This document shows positions 17,947-26,873 of a stretch of 64,000 nucleotides of DNA, piece after piece. A program made the position numbers and the translations under genes. Source of the DNA: a virus; the IMG/VR virus record IMGVR_UViG_3300017766_003354, positions 64,001 through 128,000 of that record; one strand, given 5' to 3'. Below the pieces are notes generated by a model, which worked only from the letters and a program-made list of their open reading frames with translations, searched no databases and was not told where the DNA came from. Within the stretch, counting starts at the first letter, position 1, and each line of letters starts with the position of its first letter.

Positions 17947-19483
17947 CTCGTAAAATCATGGGAATCCCTTCCATGTCATTTTCTTCGACGCTAATTGTAT
18001 TGTTATTCATGGCGTCAACCATGTCTTGGAGATCTCCTTTTTCAATAATGCTGAAATTCTTGAAATCCAAATTAATGAAATTATTCTTCTGTGTCCCATC
18101 AGGCATCACAACAGGGTTAATTGCCCTCATAGGATCACTTCCAAGGTGTCGCGCAGCCAAATTGATCAGTTTGTGTGTCCCGAATCTATCGCCCTCTGTA
18201 TGAAGCTCCTCAAGCAGCTTCTTGCGCAATAAGAAAAGCTGAGAACAGAATTGAGTAATGTTGTCTGAAAGACTTACCACGCTTTCATCTTCAACGATGT
18301 TTTCTGATGTTCTATTCGTTGTAATACCTAGCCTGTTTGATTGAACAGAAGACAACATCGAAACTGGTCTATGTCCGTCAAAACAAAGTTCCTTGTGGAT
18401 GCATTGTTTAAATTTATGGACCATGTTCCCAACTTGTTGCCAACCATCGCCCTTACCAATATTCCCGAAATCACTTTTAATATAGTCAAAGCTAAAAATC
18501 ATTTCGTTGCCTCGACCTACTTTCGAATAATAGAAGCGTTTCAAAAGAGAAACCATTTCATCAACAGAAAGACCAGCTACGTTTTCGTAGTAGAACTTCA
18601 TTCCCTTGATCTTGGAGAAAGTATGGCGAACTAAATCAACCACTTCCTTTGGAGACATATTCTTGTATGAAGAGGTTCGCCATTTGCCAGTTTCCAAAAG
18701 GTGGCTGGGCAGTCCTGTCAAAGCAGACATTTGCCGATAGATAAGTTCTTCCTCGCTCATTTCTCCGTTGTCAAAGTGAAGAACTGGAACGTTATTATTC
18801 ATCGCAGAAACCTTGGTGCAGAAGTCCATGGCAAATTGGCTTTTGCCAACCTTTGCGCGAGCAACAACAACCGTAATATTGCCACCTCTGAGAAGCGACC
18901 CATAAAGTTGATTGATCCGAGGATGCGGACCCATAAGACCAAAATTTTCAATAGGATTATTCCCACGTTCTTCAATCATAGGCTCCATAATCTCAAAAAG
19001 ATTAACTGGCCCTTTTTCGCTCATCTCAAAATCTCGAATCGTCTTATTGTAAAGCTGGTCAGCCTTTTCTACGATTTCAGAGTATTTTAAATTGGGGTCT
19101 GTCTTTTTAACAAATTGAGCAACTTCTTTGCATGATTCGTAAATTTGCCGTCTGGCAGAGAATTTCTTTAACTCCTTAACAGAAGAAAGAAATACTTCTT
19201 CGCTGATCTTAAAAAATGCCAAACTAAAGACATACTCCGAAACGTCAATACAATCGGGGAAGGTTACTTTCAGTTGTTGAATTCTTTGAATAAGAATTGT
19301 TTCGTCAATTGACTCCGCATTATCGAGGGCGTGACGCAGCAACTTAAAAATCGAAATATTGATTTTCGAATCTTCAGAATAGAAGTCAGACTCTTTGATA
19401 AATGCCGCAATTTCCTCCCACTTGTGTTGATGTTGGAGGATTCCGCAGAGGACCTGTTTTTCGATTTCGTATGAAAATATCAT
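17936..19483 (-). CDS. dnaB: replicative DNA helicase (DnaB family)
   Basis: N-domain EKQVLCGIL; Walker A ARAKVGKS; EMS, FDYI, QSNR. Confidence 0.9.
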   Translation of the reverse strand: MIFSYEIEKQVLCGILQHQHKWEEIAAFIKESDFYSEDSKINISIFKLLRHALDNAESIDETILIQRIQQLKVTFPDCIDVSEYVFSLAFFKISEEVFLSSVKELKKFSARRQIYESCKEVAQFVKKTDPNLKYSEIVEKADQLYNKTIRDFEMSEKGPVNLFEIMEPMIEERGNNPIENFGLMGPHPRINQLYGSLLRGGNITVVVARAKVGKSQFAMDFCTKVSAMNNNVPVLHFDNGEMSEEELIYRQMSALTGLPSHLLETGKWRTSSYKNMSPKEVVDLVRHTFSKIKGMKFYYENVAGLSVDEMVSLLKRFYYSKVGRGNEMIFSFDYIKSDFGNIGKGDGWQQVGNMVHKFKQCIHKELCFDGHRPVSMLSSVQSNRLGITTNRTSENIVEDESVVSLSDNITQFCSQLFLLRKKLLEELHTEGDRFGTHKLINLAARHLGSDPMRAINPVVMPDGTQKNNFINLDFKNFSIIEKGDLQDMVDAMNNNTISVEENDMEGIPMILRDED

Positions 19484-19692
19484 TGATTGATTGCGTTTTC
19501 TTCAGCGTCTAGGAATAACTCCATCGCCCTTCTAAGGGCAAAATGGACACAGGAATTTTCTACCCGAGAAAGAATGGTCGGATCTCCTTTGTCGTTTACG
19601 GCGAGAAGGATAAAACCCTTATTCGCTCCAGAAGAAGAACCAGTTGCGTCATAAAGTTTAGACAGCAGAGATTCGGGGATTGTGTTTTTCAT
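19480..19692 (-). CDS. hypothetical protein
   Basis: 70 aa; ATGA overlaps on both sides. Confidence 0.65.
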   Translation of the reverse strand: MKNTIPESLLSKLYDATGSSSGANKGFILLAVNDKGDPTILSRVENSCVHFALRRAMELFLDAEENAINQ

Positions 19693-20099
19693 ATAATTTT
19701 TAGTGATTTCAGCAGTTTTATATTAATATCTTCCGATTCCAGCACTCTAATAAGAGTAATTCCATTTCTCTCACAGAAATCCTCTTTCATTTGGTCCCTA
19801 TGGAGTTGCCCAAGGAACTTCTGGCGATTCCCGCCATGGAAGAATGGGTTGTATTGGTAATGTTGATTGCCATCGACTTCAAGAGCAATCTGCCTGTTAG
19901 AATTGAAAAAGTCAAGCGTTAATCTTGTCCCAAGCACAGGAAATTCCTCGAAAACTATATCCGCAAACCAATAGGGATACAACAACTGCTTAACGCGGGA
20001 CTGAATCTTAGAGCGGCATTTCCCGTTCCACTTGATTAGATATTTGGTCGCGTGTTTTAATTTTGCTGGCTTGCCTGATTTTGCGGAGATAAAAATCAT
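19689..20099 (-). CDS. Vsr/DUF559-like PD-(D/E)XK endonuclease, copy 1
   Basis: EEFP...LDFF...ALEVDGNQH...RDQMKEDFC. Confidence 0.75.
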   Translation of the reverse strand: MIFISAKSGKPAKLKHATKYLIKWNGKCRSKIQSRVKQLLYPYWFADIVFEEFPVLGTRLTLDFFNSNRQIALEVDGNQHYQYNPFFHGGNRQKFLGQLHRDQMKEDFCERNGITLIRVLESEDINIKLLKSLKII

Positions 20100-20494
20100 A
20101 AGTTCAGCTTCTCCTTTATTTTCAATTCATTCTTCAAATCATCGTCATCAATCTCTATATATTCAAACCCATTCAAAACCACCCAATCCATTTTCTTGAA
20201 ATCGCGTTTTGCGCTGGCAAGGAAGTTTGGCCGATTCTTGTGGAAGAATTGATTAAATTGGTGACTACCCTTGGGAGAAATCTCTACTACAATTCCGAGA
20301 GTAAAGTTGATCAAATCAATCCTCATTTTCGAAGAAGGAATATAAAACTCCTCACAAACAGAATGGCCCGCCCAATATGGGCGCAAAATATCTTTTACAA
20401 CCTTCTGAGGATTGCTGACTTTTTTATCCCAATCTATGGAATACTTTGAGGTATTGATTGAGACTTCTCGGCCATATAGATTTTTAATTTTCAA
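20096..20494 (-). CDS. Vsr/DUF559-like endonuclease, copy 2 (paralog)
   Basis: EEFY...IDLI...VVEIS...FFH...RDFKK; aligns by eye to copy 1. Confidence 0.7.
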   Translation of the reverse strand: MKIKNLYGREVSINTSKYSIDWDKKVSNPQKVVKDILRPYWAGHSVCEEFYIPSSKMRIDLINFTLGIVVEISPKGSHQFNQFFHKNRPNFLASAKRDFKKMDWVVLNGFEYIEIDDDDLKNELKIKEKLNL

Positions 20495-21593
20495 GGAAAA
20501 GTTTTAGGAATTTTTGGTATAGATAGTTCGTAATTTCTGGATTAGACTCCAGCCAATCTTTTAATTTAGCCAAACCTTGCAATTGAAAATCATCATCGCC
20601 GAGGTCAAACTTCGCCGCTTTGAGTTCTGATATAAAATCAGAATCAAATTTAAGCCAAGAACCTCTTTTCTCGATATATCCCCAAGTGACAAGAAGATCG
20701 GCAATTTCATATTCTTTCCAGACAGATTTACCCTTCTTTTCTCCATGTTTAACTGGATATTTAACGATGATGTCGATTCTTTCTTTTACCCCTTTAGACA
20801 AACCTACCTCGCAATAATGTCCAACAACTTTGCCCCCTTCTTCAATATTTTTATCTTTTGTTCGACCCTTGAAGTTCCACACTTGGTTTACTCCGTGAGT
20901 AAGGGCATTCGAGCCGCCTCCACCAACGGTTTTATTTTGGTTTTTGGGAGTATATTGACCCTCGACAGATGCTCTCATTTGACTCAAAACAAAGAGACAG
21001 TGACCTAGTTTATTGAGGATTGCTCCAGCCTTCTTAAAGAGAAGAGACATCAACAGTCCGCCAGCGGCGACCTTTTCTCCCTCTGCGGTAACTTTGTCGT
21101 CGTCGTCTCTGCGAATTAGAGCGTCCGCAGAATCAATACCAATCAAATATCTGAATTTGTTTTCGTTGTTCTTTACGAGATCGTTAATCATGTCAATGAT
21201 TAACTCATAAATATGACTCTCAACAACAAAAATTGTTCCGACCTCCCAATCTTCAGGGGTATAAACAAATGTAGCGTCAATACGATCTACCGCTTCTAAA
21301 TGTCGCCCTTCAGCATCAAACCACACTCCTTTTGAATTTTCGATTGTCTTGAGTCCATTAGCGATACAAGTTAGAACGCAATGAGTTTTTCCGCCAAAGC
21401 TTGCCCCATTGACTTTAATCCCGCCAGCCTTAAATCCTCCACCGAGTTCTGCATCAAATTGCAAAGATCCTGTAGAAGCCTTCCATTTTACTGTTTCTTG
21501 GAAATTAAGGTGATCGCCTTTGAATTTTTGCATCAAAAGCTCCATTTGTTTTTTGGAGGTATCGCCTAAATCTTCTTTTTTCTTTGCTGCCAT
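20484..21593 (-). CDS. recA: RecA/UvsX-like recombinase
   Basis: STGSLQFDAELGGG, Walker A GASFGGKT, DAE, Walker B IGIDS, SQMR, GGG..ALTH. Confidence 0.85.
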   Translation of the reverse strand: MAAKKKEDLGDTSKKQMELLMQKFKGDHLNFQETVKWKASTGSLQFDAELGGGFKAGGIKVNGASFGGKTHCVLTCIANGLKTIENSKGVWFDAEGRHLEAVDRIDATFVYTPEDWEVGTIFVVESHIYELIIDMINDLVKNNENKFRYLIGIDSADALIRRDDDDKVTAEGEKVAAGGLLMSLLFKKAGAILNKLGHCLFVLSQMRASVEGQYTPKNQNKTVGGGGSNALTHGVNQVWNFKGRTKDKNIEEGGKVVGHYCEVGLSKGVKERIDIIVKYPVKHGEKKGKSVWKEYEIADLLVTWGYIEKRGSWLKFDSDFISELKAAKFDLGDDDFQLQGLAKLKDWLESNPEITNYLYQKFLKLFLEN

Positions 21594-21597
21594 ATTG

Positions 21598-21966
21598 TTA
21601 GTCTAAAAATTTCCTAATGCTGAGAACCTTAATGTTCGACTTATCATCGCCAGATTTAACTCCCGTGTCCACGGGTTTTTCATATTCTTCGATCTTATAG
21701 TGGAATTCTCGAAGTTTTTTGGCCAAATATTTTTTGCCGTCTTCAGTCTTAAACCACAAAATGTTGTTCAATTTAAATGGTGGTGGGCCGACCTTCGCCA
21801 TAAAATCAATCTCTTCTGGATACCAAGAGAAGATTTCGTGGACTGTAATTATGTCCACTTTATTGGCCTTGAATTCGTTGCCAACCCGCAACATGCGCCT
21901 CAAGAATGCTCGCTTACTGAGCATCGAGTGTTTCGGTGGCTTGATTTTTTTAGCGCGTGTCGCCAT
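21598..21966 (-). CDS. hypothetical basic protein, first gene of the recombination/replication operon
   Basis: 122 aa directly behind a sigma70-type promoter. Confidence 0.65.
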   Translation of the reverse strand: MATRAKKIKPPKHSMLSKRAFLRRMLRVGNEFKANKVDIITVHEIFSWYPEEIDFMAKVGPPPFKLNNILWFKTEDGKKYLAKKLREFHYKIEEYEKPVDTGVKSGDDKSNIKVLSIRKFLD

Positions 21967-21973
21967 GTAAGCG

Positions 21974-22002
21974 ACTCTATTTCAATGGGTTGAAAATGTC
22001 AA
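21974..22002 (-). promoter_or_regulatory. sigma70-type promoter, leaderless spacing, with an inverted repeat in the spacer
   Basis: TTGACA-N17-TAGAGT, then 7 nt to ATG 21966; spacer contains TTTCAA-N4-TTGAAA. Confidence 0.7.
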
Positions 22003-23057
22003 GGAGTTTTTTTAAGCCCTTGAATATCCCATGCGACCATCTGACGAACCAATTCTTTAAAATTGACTTTTGGTTGCCAATTTAATTCTTTTTTAATCAA
22101 GCTATTATCTCCAAGCAGGGGGCTAGACTTCGATCTAACCAAAGAAGAATCTACTGTAACTAGCTTCTGACTGGCGAATTCAGCAAAGTCCGCCAAATAA
22201 TTAGGAAGAATATAATATTCATTGAGTTTTTCTCCAACCCAAGTTCCTTCGATTCCCGCTGCTTGAAACGCTTGTTCAACAAATTCTTTTACTGTATGGC
22301 TCTCTCCTGAAGAAATGATATAGTCTTTGGGAACGGCGGCCTGCGTCATCAAAAATGCCGCCTCAACACCATCACCAGCAAAAGACCAATCCTTCTCAGT
22401 ATTTAAATCCCCCAATTGAATTGGCTCAAAAGCTTCTCCTTTTTCCAAAGCTTTTTTAATTCTGGCTACTCCTCTAGTGATTTTTCGAGTAACATAAACA
22501 GGAGATCTTTCAGTTGATTCTTGATTATAAAATATTCCGCTCACAGCAAAAAGATTATATTTTTGTCGATAAGTGTCTATAATTTCCCTAGCAGAATTCT
22601 TAGAGACTCCGTAAATTGAATTGGGGTGTTTTGAAGTATTTTCGGTCTGCGGGTATTCGCCGCAATTACCAAAAATTTCAGAAGAACAAGCATTAAAAAA
22701 ACGACATTCTGGACACAAACGCAAAATAGCATCAAGCATATTAAGAACCGATATGGTATTAATAGACATTGTAGCGACAGGCCAATTCCAACAATCAGGA
22801 ACAAACGCACTGCCAGCAAAATTAAAAAAGTAATCTGGTCGCTCTTTTTCTATTAGGCTAAAAATACTTGCCTGATCGGTGACATCTAAATGGACTGATT
22901 TAAAATTAGGATTCTTATTTAGATAATGACTTGCAGAGGACCCTTTCTCCACAAATTCTGCCCCGACCACTTCAAACCCATAAGAAAGAAGAAGCTCGGC
23001 CATATAACTTCCGAGATTCCCAGAAGTTCCTGTTACAATACATTTTAAAGGATTCAT
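21999..23057 (-). CDS. gmd: GDP-mannose 4,6-dehydratase-like SDR enzyme
   Basis: VTGTSGNLGSY, SSEIFG, YGVSK, YVTRKIT, LGDL..KDW, WQPKV. Confidence 0.85.
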   Translation of the reverse strand: MNPLKCIVTGTSGNLGSYMAELLLSYGFEVVGAEFVEKGSSASHYLNKNPNFKSVHLDVTDQASIFSLIEKERPDYFFNFAGSAFVPDCWNWPVATMSINTISVLNMLDAILRLCPECRFFNACSSEIFGNCGEYPQTENTSKHPNSIYGVSKNSAREIIDTYRQKYNLFAVSGIFYNQESTERSPVYVTRKITRGVARIKKALEKGEAFEPIQLGDLNTEKDWSFAGDGVEAAFLMTQAAVPKDYIISSGESHTVKEFVEQAFQAAGIEGTWVGEKLNEYYILPNYLADFAEFASQKLVTVDSSLVRSKSSPLLGDNSLIKKELNWQPKVNFKELVRQMVAWDIQGLKKTP

Positions 23058-23581
23058 ATTTTAATAAAGAAAGAGTTGAGGCCATCATCTGTGGTTGTCT
23101 GCAACTGCAAATTATGCTCCAAGCAAAACTCATCTACAGCATCACAAACCTCAAAAAACTGCTCTCTATTATAGTCATGACCAGCTATAATTCCACCGCT
23201 CTTTATTACCCTAAGTGATTCGGCCAATTCTTTCTTTGTGTGTTCGTATTGGTGGCTTGAATCTATGTAAATGAAGTCAAAATAGCCCTCTGGAAAACTT
23301 TTTAAAAATTCGACAGAATCACTCTTTTTTATAAAAACATTTTCGGTATTAGAAAATTTACCCTCAACCATTCTAAGAAGCTTGCCTCCATGATAAATTT
23401 CAATATTATTTCCATTAACATCGCCGCTCTGAACGATCCCGTCAAAAAGATCAACAAGATATAGCTCTTTTGGTTGGCAGAGATTATATATCTCCTGAGA
23501 GAACTCTCCTTTAAAGACTCCCAACTCTGCAATAATAAGATCCTTATTTAAGGACTTCAGTAATTCTATTCTTGTTTTCAT
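23054..23581 (-). CDS. class I SAM-dependent methyltransferase (Methyltransf_24-like)
   Basis: ELGVFKG, FDFIYIDSSH, GGIIAGHDY. Confidence 0.85.
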   Translation of the reverse strand: MKTRIELLKSLNKDLIIAELGVFKGEFSQEIYNLCQPKELYLVDLFDGIVQSGDVNGNNIEIYHGGKLLRMVEGKFSNTENVFIKKSDSVEFLKSFPEGYFDFIYIDSSHQYEHTKKELAESLRVIKSGGIIAGHDYNREQFFEVCDAVDEFCLEHNLQLQTTTDDGLNSFFIKI

Positions 23582-24275
23582 TTAGAAATTTTTCCATTTT
23601 CTGTTTTTTGCCGAACATTGCGTTTTCAAATCCGCAAAAGTGATAAAGCTTTCGAAAGGCCGTAAAACAATTTTTGTGAGCATCGAAAACAGTTAAATAA
23701 GTAAAATTCAAAGCTTTATTGAGATCGAATCTAGTCTCCTGAAGAACGGCGTAATTAAAGCTAGACTGCTCAAGAATAGCATTCTCCATAACGCTTTGGC
23801 TCTTACAATTCTCAAATAGCTTTCTGACTCTGGCTAAAAACTCAATATTCTTAAAGGCAAACGACCCAGCATTGATTCCAAAAAAATGAGAGATCTTATC
23901 TGAGTATCCTTGCGTAATGTCAAACGGATATTTAAACCAGTATCTTCCTTGCTCGCATGGAGCATTCATTAGCTTAGATTCTTGAGTTATAGATAATGGG
24001 CGATCATCGAAAAGAAGTCCCAAATCTCCAAAAAACAAAATATCAGAATCTAAATAAATATACTGATCGTAGCCTTCTGGAATTTGATCTGAGTATTTCA
24101 GGAAACCAATATAATTACCGCAAGAATCATCAACATATACTTTATGTCCACAATCACAATCCTTATCAGAAATAATGGCAAAATCGAACTCTCCATCAAT
24201 ATGAGATAACATCATATCAATACATTCAATAGAACCATCCTTGAAATCAGAAACGGTATAAAGAAGAGTTTTCAT
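23544..24275 (-). CDS. glycosyltransferase (GT8-like)
   Basis: YLDSDIL, INAGSF, EQSSFN, LYHF. Confidence 0.75.
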   Translation of the reverse strand: MKTLLYTVSDFKDGSIECIDMMLSHIDGEFDFAIISDKDCDCGHKVYVDDSCGNYIGFLKYSDQIPEGYDQYIYLDSDILFFGDLGLLFDDRPLSITQESKLMNAPCEQGRYWFKYPFDITQGYSDKISHFFGINAGSFAFKNIEFLARVRKLFENCKSQSVMENAILEQSSFNYAVLQETRFDLNKALNFTYLTVFDAHKNCFTAFRKLYHFCGFENAMFGKKQKMEKFLNENKNRITEVLK

Positions 24276-24892
24276 CGAAGAAGTGATGAGATTTCATTTT
24301 GAGCCGTTCTTTGATAAACGGCCAGAATAGACCAATAGACCTTTAAATCGAGATCTTGAATTGCATAATTAAGCTGCCAGTCAAAGGGTGCGACTGGAGT
24401 TAAAGTATGATCAAAGATTTTCTGAGCAGATTTCGGATTCACCATATAGCAATGAGCATATCGGCTCGTCATCCATGGTGCTGTTTGAATAATAGTTGAC
24501 CCCTGAATGTCTGCTTCTGGATAAGAACCAATAAATAACAAATCTCCATCGCCATCCAAAAAGTCTTCTGCGGCCAAATTGCAGAACTCTTTAAAATTGA
24601 AAAAAGGCTCCTTAATATCATCTTCTAGAATAACCCCTATGTTTTTTCGGGCACAAATTCTTTTTATAGCCTCTTGTTGTTTGAGATAGAGGGATATTTC
24701 AGCTTCATTTAAATATGAGCCATTTGCAGAATGCGGGCAAAAGGTTCTTTGGAAATTTTTTACTTCGGGGCTTTCTGGTAAAAATGATTCGATCCAATCA
24801 GCCTTGATTCTTTCTCGACTAAAGAAAGCCTCCATATATTCTGCTCTCTCTACAGCGGGCAGATGGTGCAAACAATAAAAGTCAATATCCAT
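24272..24892 (-). CDS. glycosyltransferase (GT25-like)
   Basis: ER..M, EISLYLK, ILEDD, HCYMV...A, PFDW. Confidence 0.75.
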   Translation of the reverse strand: MDIDFYCLHHLPAVERAEYMEAFFSRERIKADWIESFLPESPEVKNFQRTFCPHSANGSYLNEAEISLYLKQQEAIKRICARKNIGVILEDDIKEPFFNFKEFCNLAAEDFLDGDGDLLFIGSYPEADIQGSTIIQTAPWMTSRYAHCYMVNPKSAQKIFDHTLTPVAPFDWQLNYAIQDLDLKVYWSILAVYQRTAQNEISSLLR

Positions 24893-25662
24893 TAGATTGC
24901 AAGATTATGTTTAATAGCTAAGGCGTCAAAATCCTCCAAAGAACGATGAACCTTATGTGGCGGCGGAACACCGCCCGACTCCAAGAGCCAATGCTTGGCC
25001 CAGAAGTTTTCATTTCTCAAAAGTCTCGCGTCTAAATTAACGTATCCTTCATGAACGACAAACGGAAAATTGCCGCTCTGCAAGTCTTCTAGCTTTTTTG
25101 AAAATTGAGTAGATCTTGCTATATACCCGTTCGCATCGATCAGTTCACAAGAATCACTAACTTGAGTATTTATTGTTCCGTCTGGCTTTCTTGCATAATT
25201 CACAGGCCCACGAAACAAACCATCTTTGTGAATATACCATTTAGGAGTAATTGAGAAATAATGGTCTTTGTCTTTATATAAATTAATAGACGGAACCATA
25301 TAGCAGTCAAAAAAATATTCCCCCAAAAGACCATAAGCCATCGTTGTCCACATGGGTTTTTGCCATTGTGGAATGTATTCGTCCATATCTAAACCAACCT
25401 TTATCTCGGATGTCGTAGATTGGAGGGCATTATTTTTGATTTTACCGTCAAGCCATGGATCTTTATAAGAATAATGAGATTCGACAATAACCAAATTTGA
25501 GAATTCTTCTTTTAGTTTTTTTAATTCCTCAAGAGTCCCATCTTCGCTAGTGTTTACGCAAATTACAACCTCGTCAGCGAAAGCGCAGAACCTATTTATC
25601 GACTTTTTATAGTCGAATCCGTTTTTGATCAAATTAAATGCGCTGGAATAAATAGAAATCAT
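24892..25662 (-). CDS. glycosyltransferase (GT2-like)
   Basis: FADEVVI..SEDGT, LDMDE, HEGY; start taken at the ATGA overlap (25662). Confidence 0.75.
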   Translation of the reverse strand: MISIYSSAFNLIKNGFDYKKSINRFCAFADEVVICVNTSEDGTLEELKKLKEEFSNLVIVESHYSYKDPWLDGKIKNNALQSTTSEIKVGLDMDEYIPQWQKPMWTTMAYGLLGEYFFDCYMVPSINLYKDKDHYFSITPKWYIHKDGLFRGPVNYARKPDGTINTQVSDSCELIDANGYIARSTQFSKKLEDLQSGNFPFVVHEGYVNLDARLLRNENFWAKHWLLESGGVPPPHKVHRSLEDFDALAIKHNLAI

Positions 25663-26471
25663 TGCCATATAAAATCGTAATAAGCTTTCTGTCTTGCACC
25701 AATTTCTCGGCAAGAATCCATATTCAAACGACTCAAATCAAGATCAACTCTGACAACTGAATTCGGAATGATGTAAATTTGGCCTTTTCTGGAAATTTGA
25801 TAACACATATTACAGTGGTCACAATTAACATCTGCGCTCCATCTTACGGCATTGAAAACATTACTCTTAATAAGAGCAAACCCGCCGAACGCCGAAAGAA
25901 CCTTAATTGGCTTGCCGCTCTTCCAATCTTCTTGGTCTTGTTTTAAAAATGATGGACAGTCTGTGAAATAGATTCCTTTATTGCCAAAATTATCCCTATA
26001 TGCGTAAACATCATAATAAGAATCAGGCCCGCCAAATGTTAAATCCTCAATTGGTTGGCGCACATTTGGAGTCACCATTACGGCGTCTTCAAGTGTGTCA
26101 AGCGATAAAAGCTGAATCATGAAGTTCAACTTATTGAAACGAATATCAGAATCAATCAAAAGAGAGTAATCAGATTTATTTTCTCCAGCCAAATCTTTAC
26201 ATTTATTGCGGCACTCGCAGAGGAATCTCATTCTTTCTGGATCGGTCACAGAGCCGAATTTCTTTGCGCCGAGATCTTCATATAAAAATTCACCTTTTCG
26301 AGAAGAAAGCCAATTTTTAATTAGTTCTCTGGTATTATCTTTCGAATCATTCTCATAAAAGAAATAAGAAAACTCAATTCTATGACTATCTTCAATACTT
26401 TCCAACTGAGAAAAAAGCCTTGGAAGACTTTCTTCAGAATCTCGAAAGATGCAAAAAACAGAGACTTTCAT
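25659..26471 (-). CDS. glycosyltransferase (GT-A fold)
   Basis: YENDSKDNT, R...L..CRN, LIDSD, YYDVYA, SAFGG, CDH. Confidence 0.75.
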   Translation of the reverse strand: MKVSVFCIFRDSEESLPRLFSQLESIEDSHRIEFSYFFYENDSKDNTRELIKNWLSSRKGEFLYEDLGAKKFGSVTDPERMRFLCECRNKCKDLAGENKSDYSLLIDSDIRFNKLNFMIQLLSLDTLEDAVMVTPNVRQPIEDLTFGGPDSYYDVYAYRDNFGNKGIYFTDCPSFLKQDQEDWKSGKPIKVLSAFGGFALIKSNVFNAVRWSADVNCDHCNMCYQISRKGQIYIIPNSVVRVDLDLSRLNMDSCREIGARQKAYYDFIWQ

Positions 26472-26656
26472 TAGAAAGGTTGTTCCCAGATTGGACCATG
26501 ATTTGCCGCCTCTAGGATAGCGATTGCTTGTCTAAAGTCAGCGGCGTTGCTCGCCTCTAAGTCTGCTTGAGATTCGTCCCCTCGGGCGCGATTGATGGGT
26601 TCATTAGTTTCACATACTTCGAGTGCTATTTTTAGTTGGTCGATTGACGCTTTCAT
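26471..26656 (-). CDS. hypothetical protein, first gene of the glycosylation operon
   Basis: 61 aa; TAATG coupling to the downstream glycosyltransferase. Confidence 0.6.
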   Translation of the reverse strand: MKASIDQLKIALEVCETNEPINRARGDESQADLEASNAADFRQAIAILEAANHGPIWEQPF

Positions 26657-26662
26657 GTTGTT

Positions 26663-26690
26663 ATTATAGATTCGCCATCTAAATTTTCAA
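26663..26690 (-). promoter_or_regulatory. sigma70-type promoter, leaderless spacing
   Basis: TTGAAA-N16-TATAAT, then 6 nt to ATG 26656. Confidence 0.7.
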
Positions 26691-26873
26691 GAAATTCTCA
26701 AACTCTGTTTCTCCTGTCTCAATCATTTTCAAAACATAAGGAACGCAATACTGACATTTTGAACAGCAGAGGTTCTTTTCTTTTAGTTCTTCTAGGGACT
26801 CTTTTTGGAGAAGAATTTGGATTTCCGAGAATGAAATATTATGGCAGATACACTTCTTTATCTGAGAGGGCAT
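26679..26873 (-). CDS. BFD-like [2Fe-2S]-binding protein
   Basis: CICHNIS...CCSKCQYC (CxC...CxxC). Confidence 0.7.
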   Translation of the reverse strand: MPSQIKKCICHNISFSEIQILLQKESLEELKEKNLCCSKCQYCVPYVLKMIETGETEFENFLKI

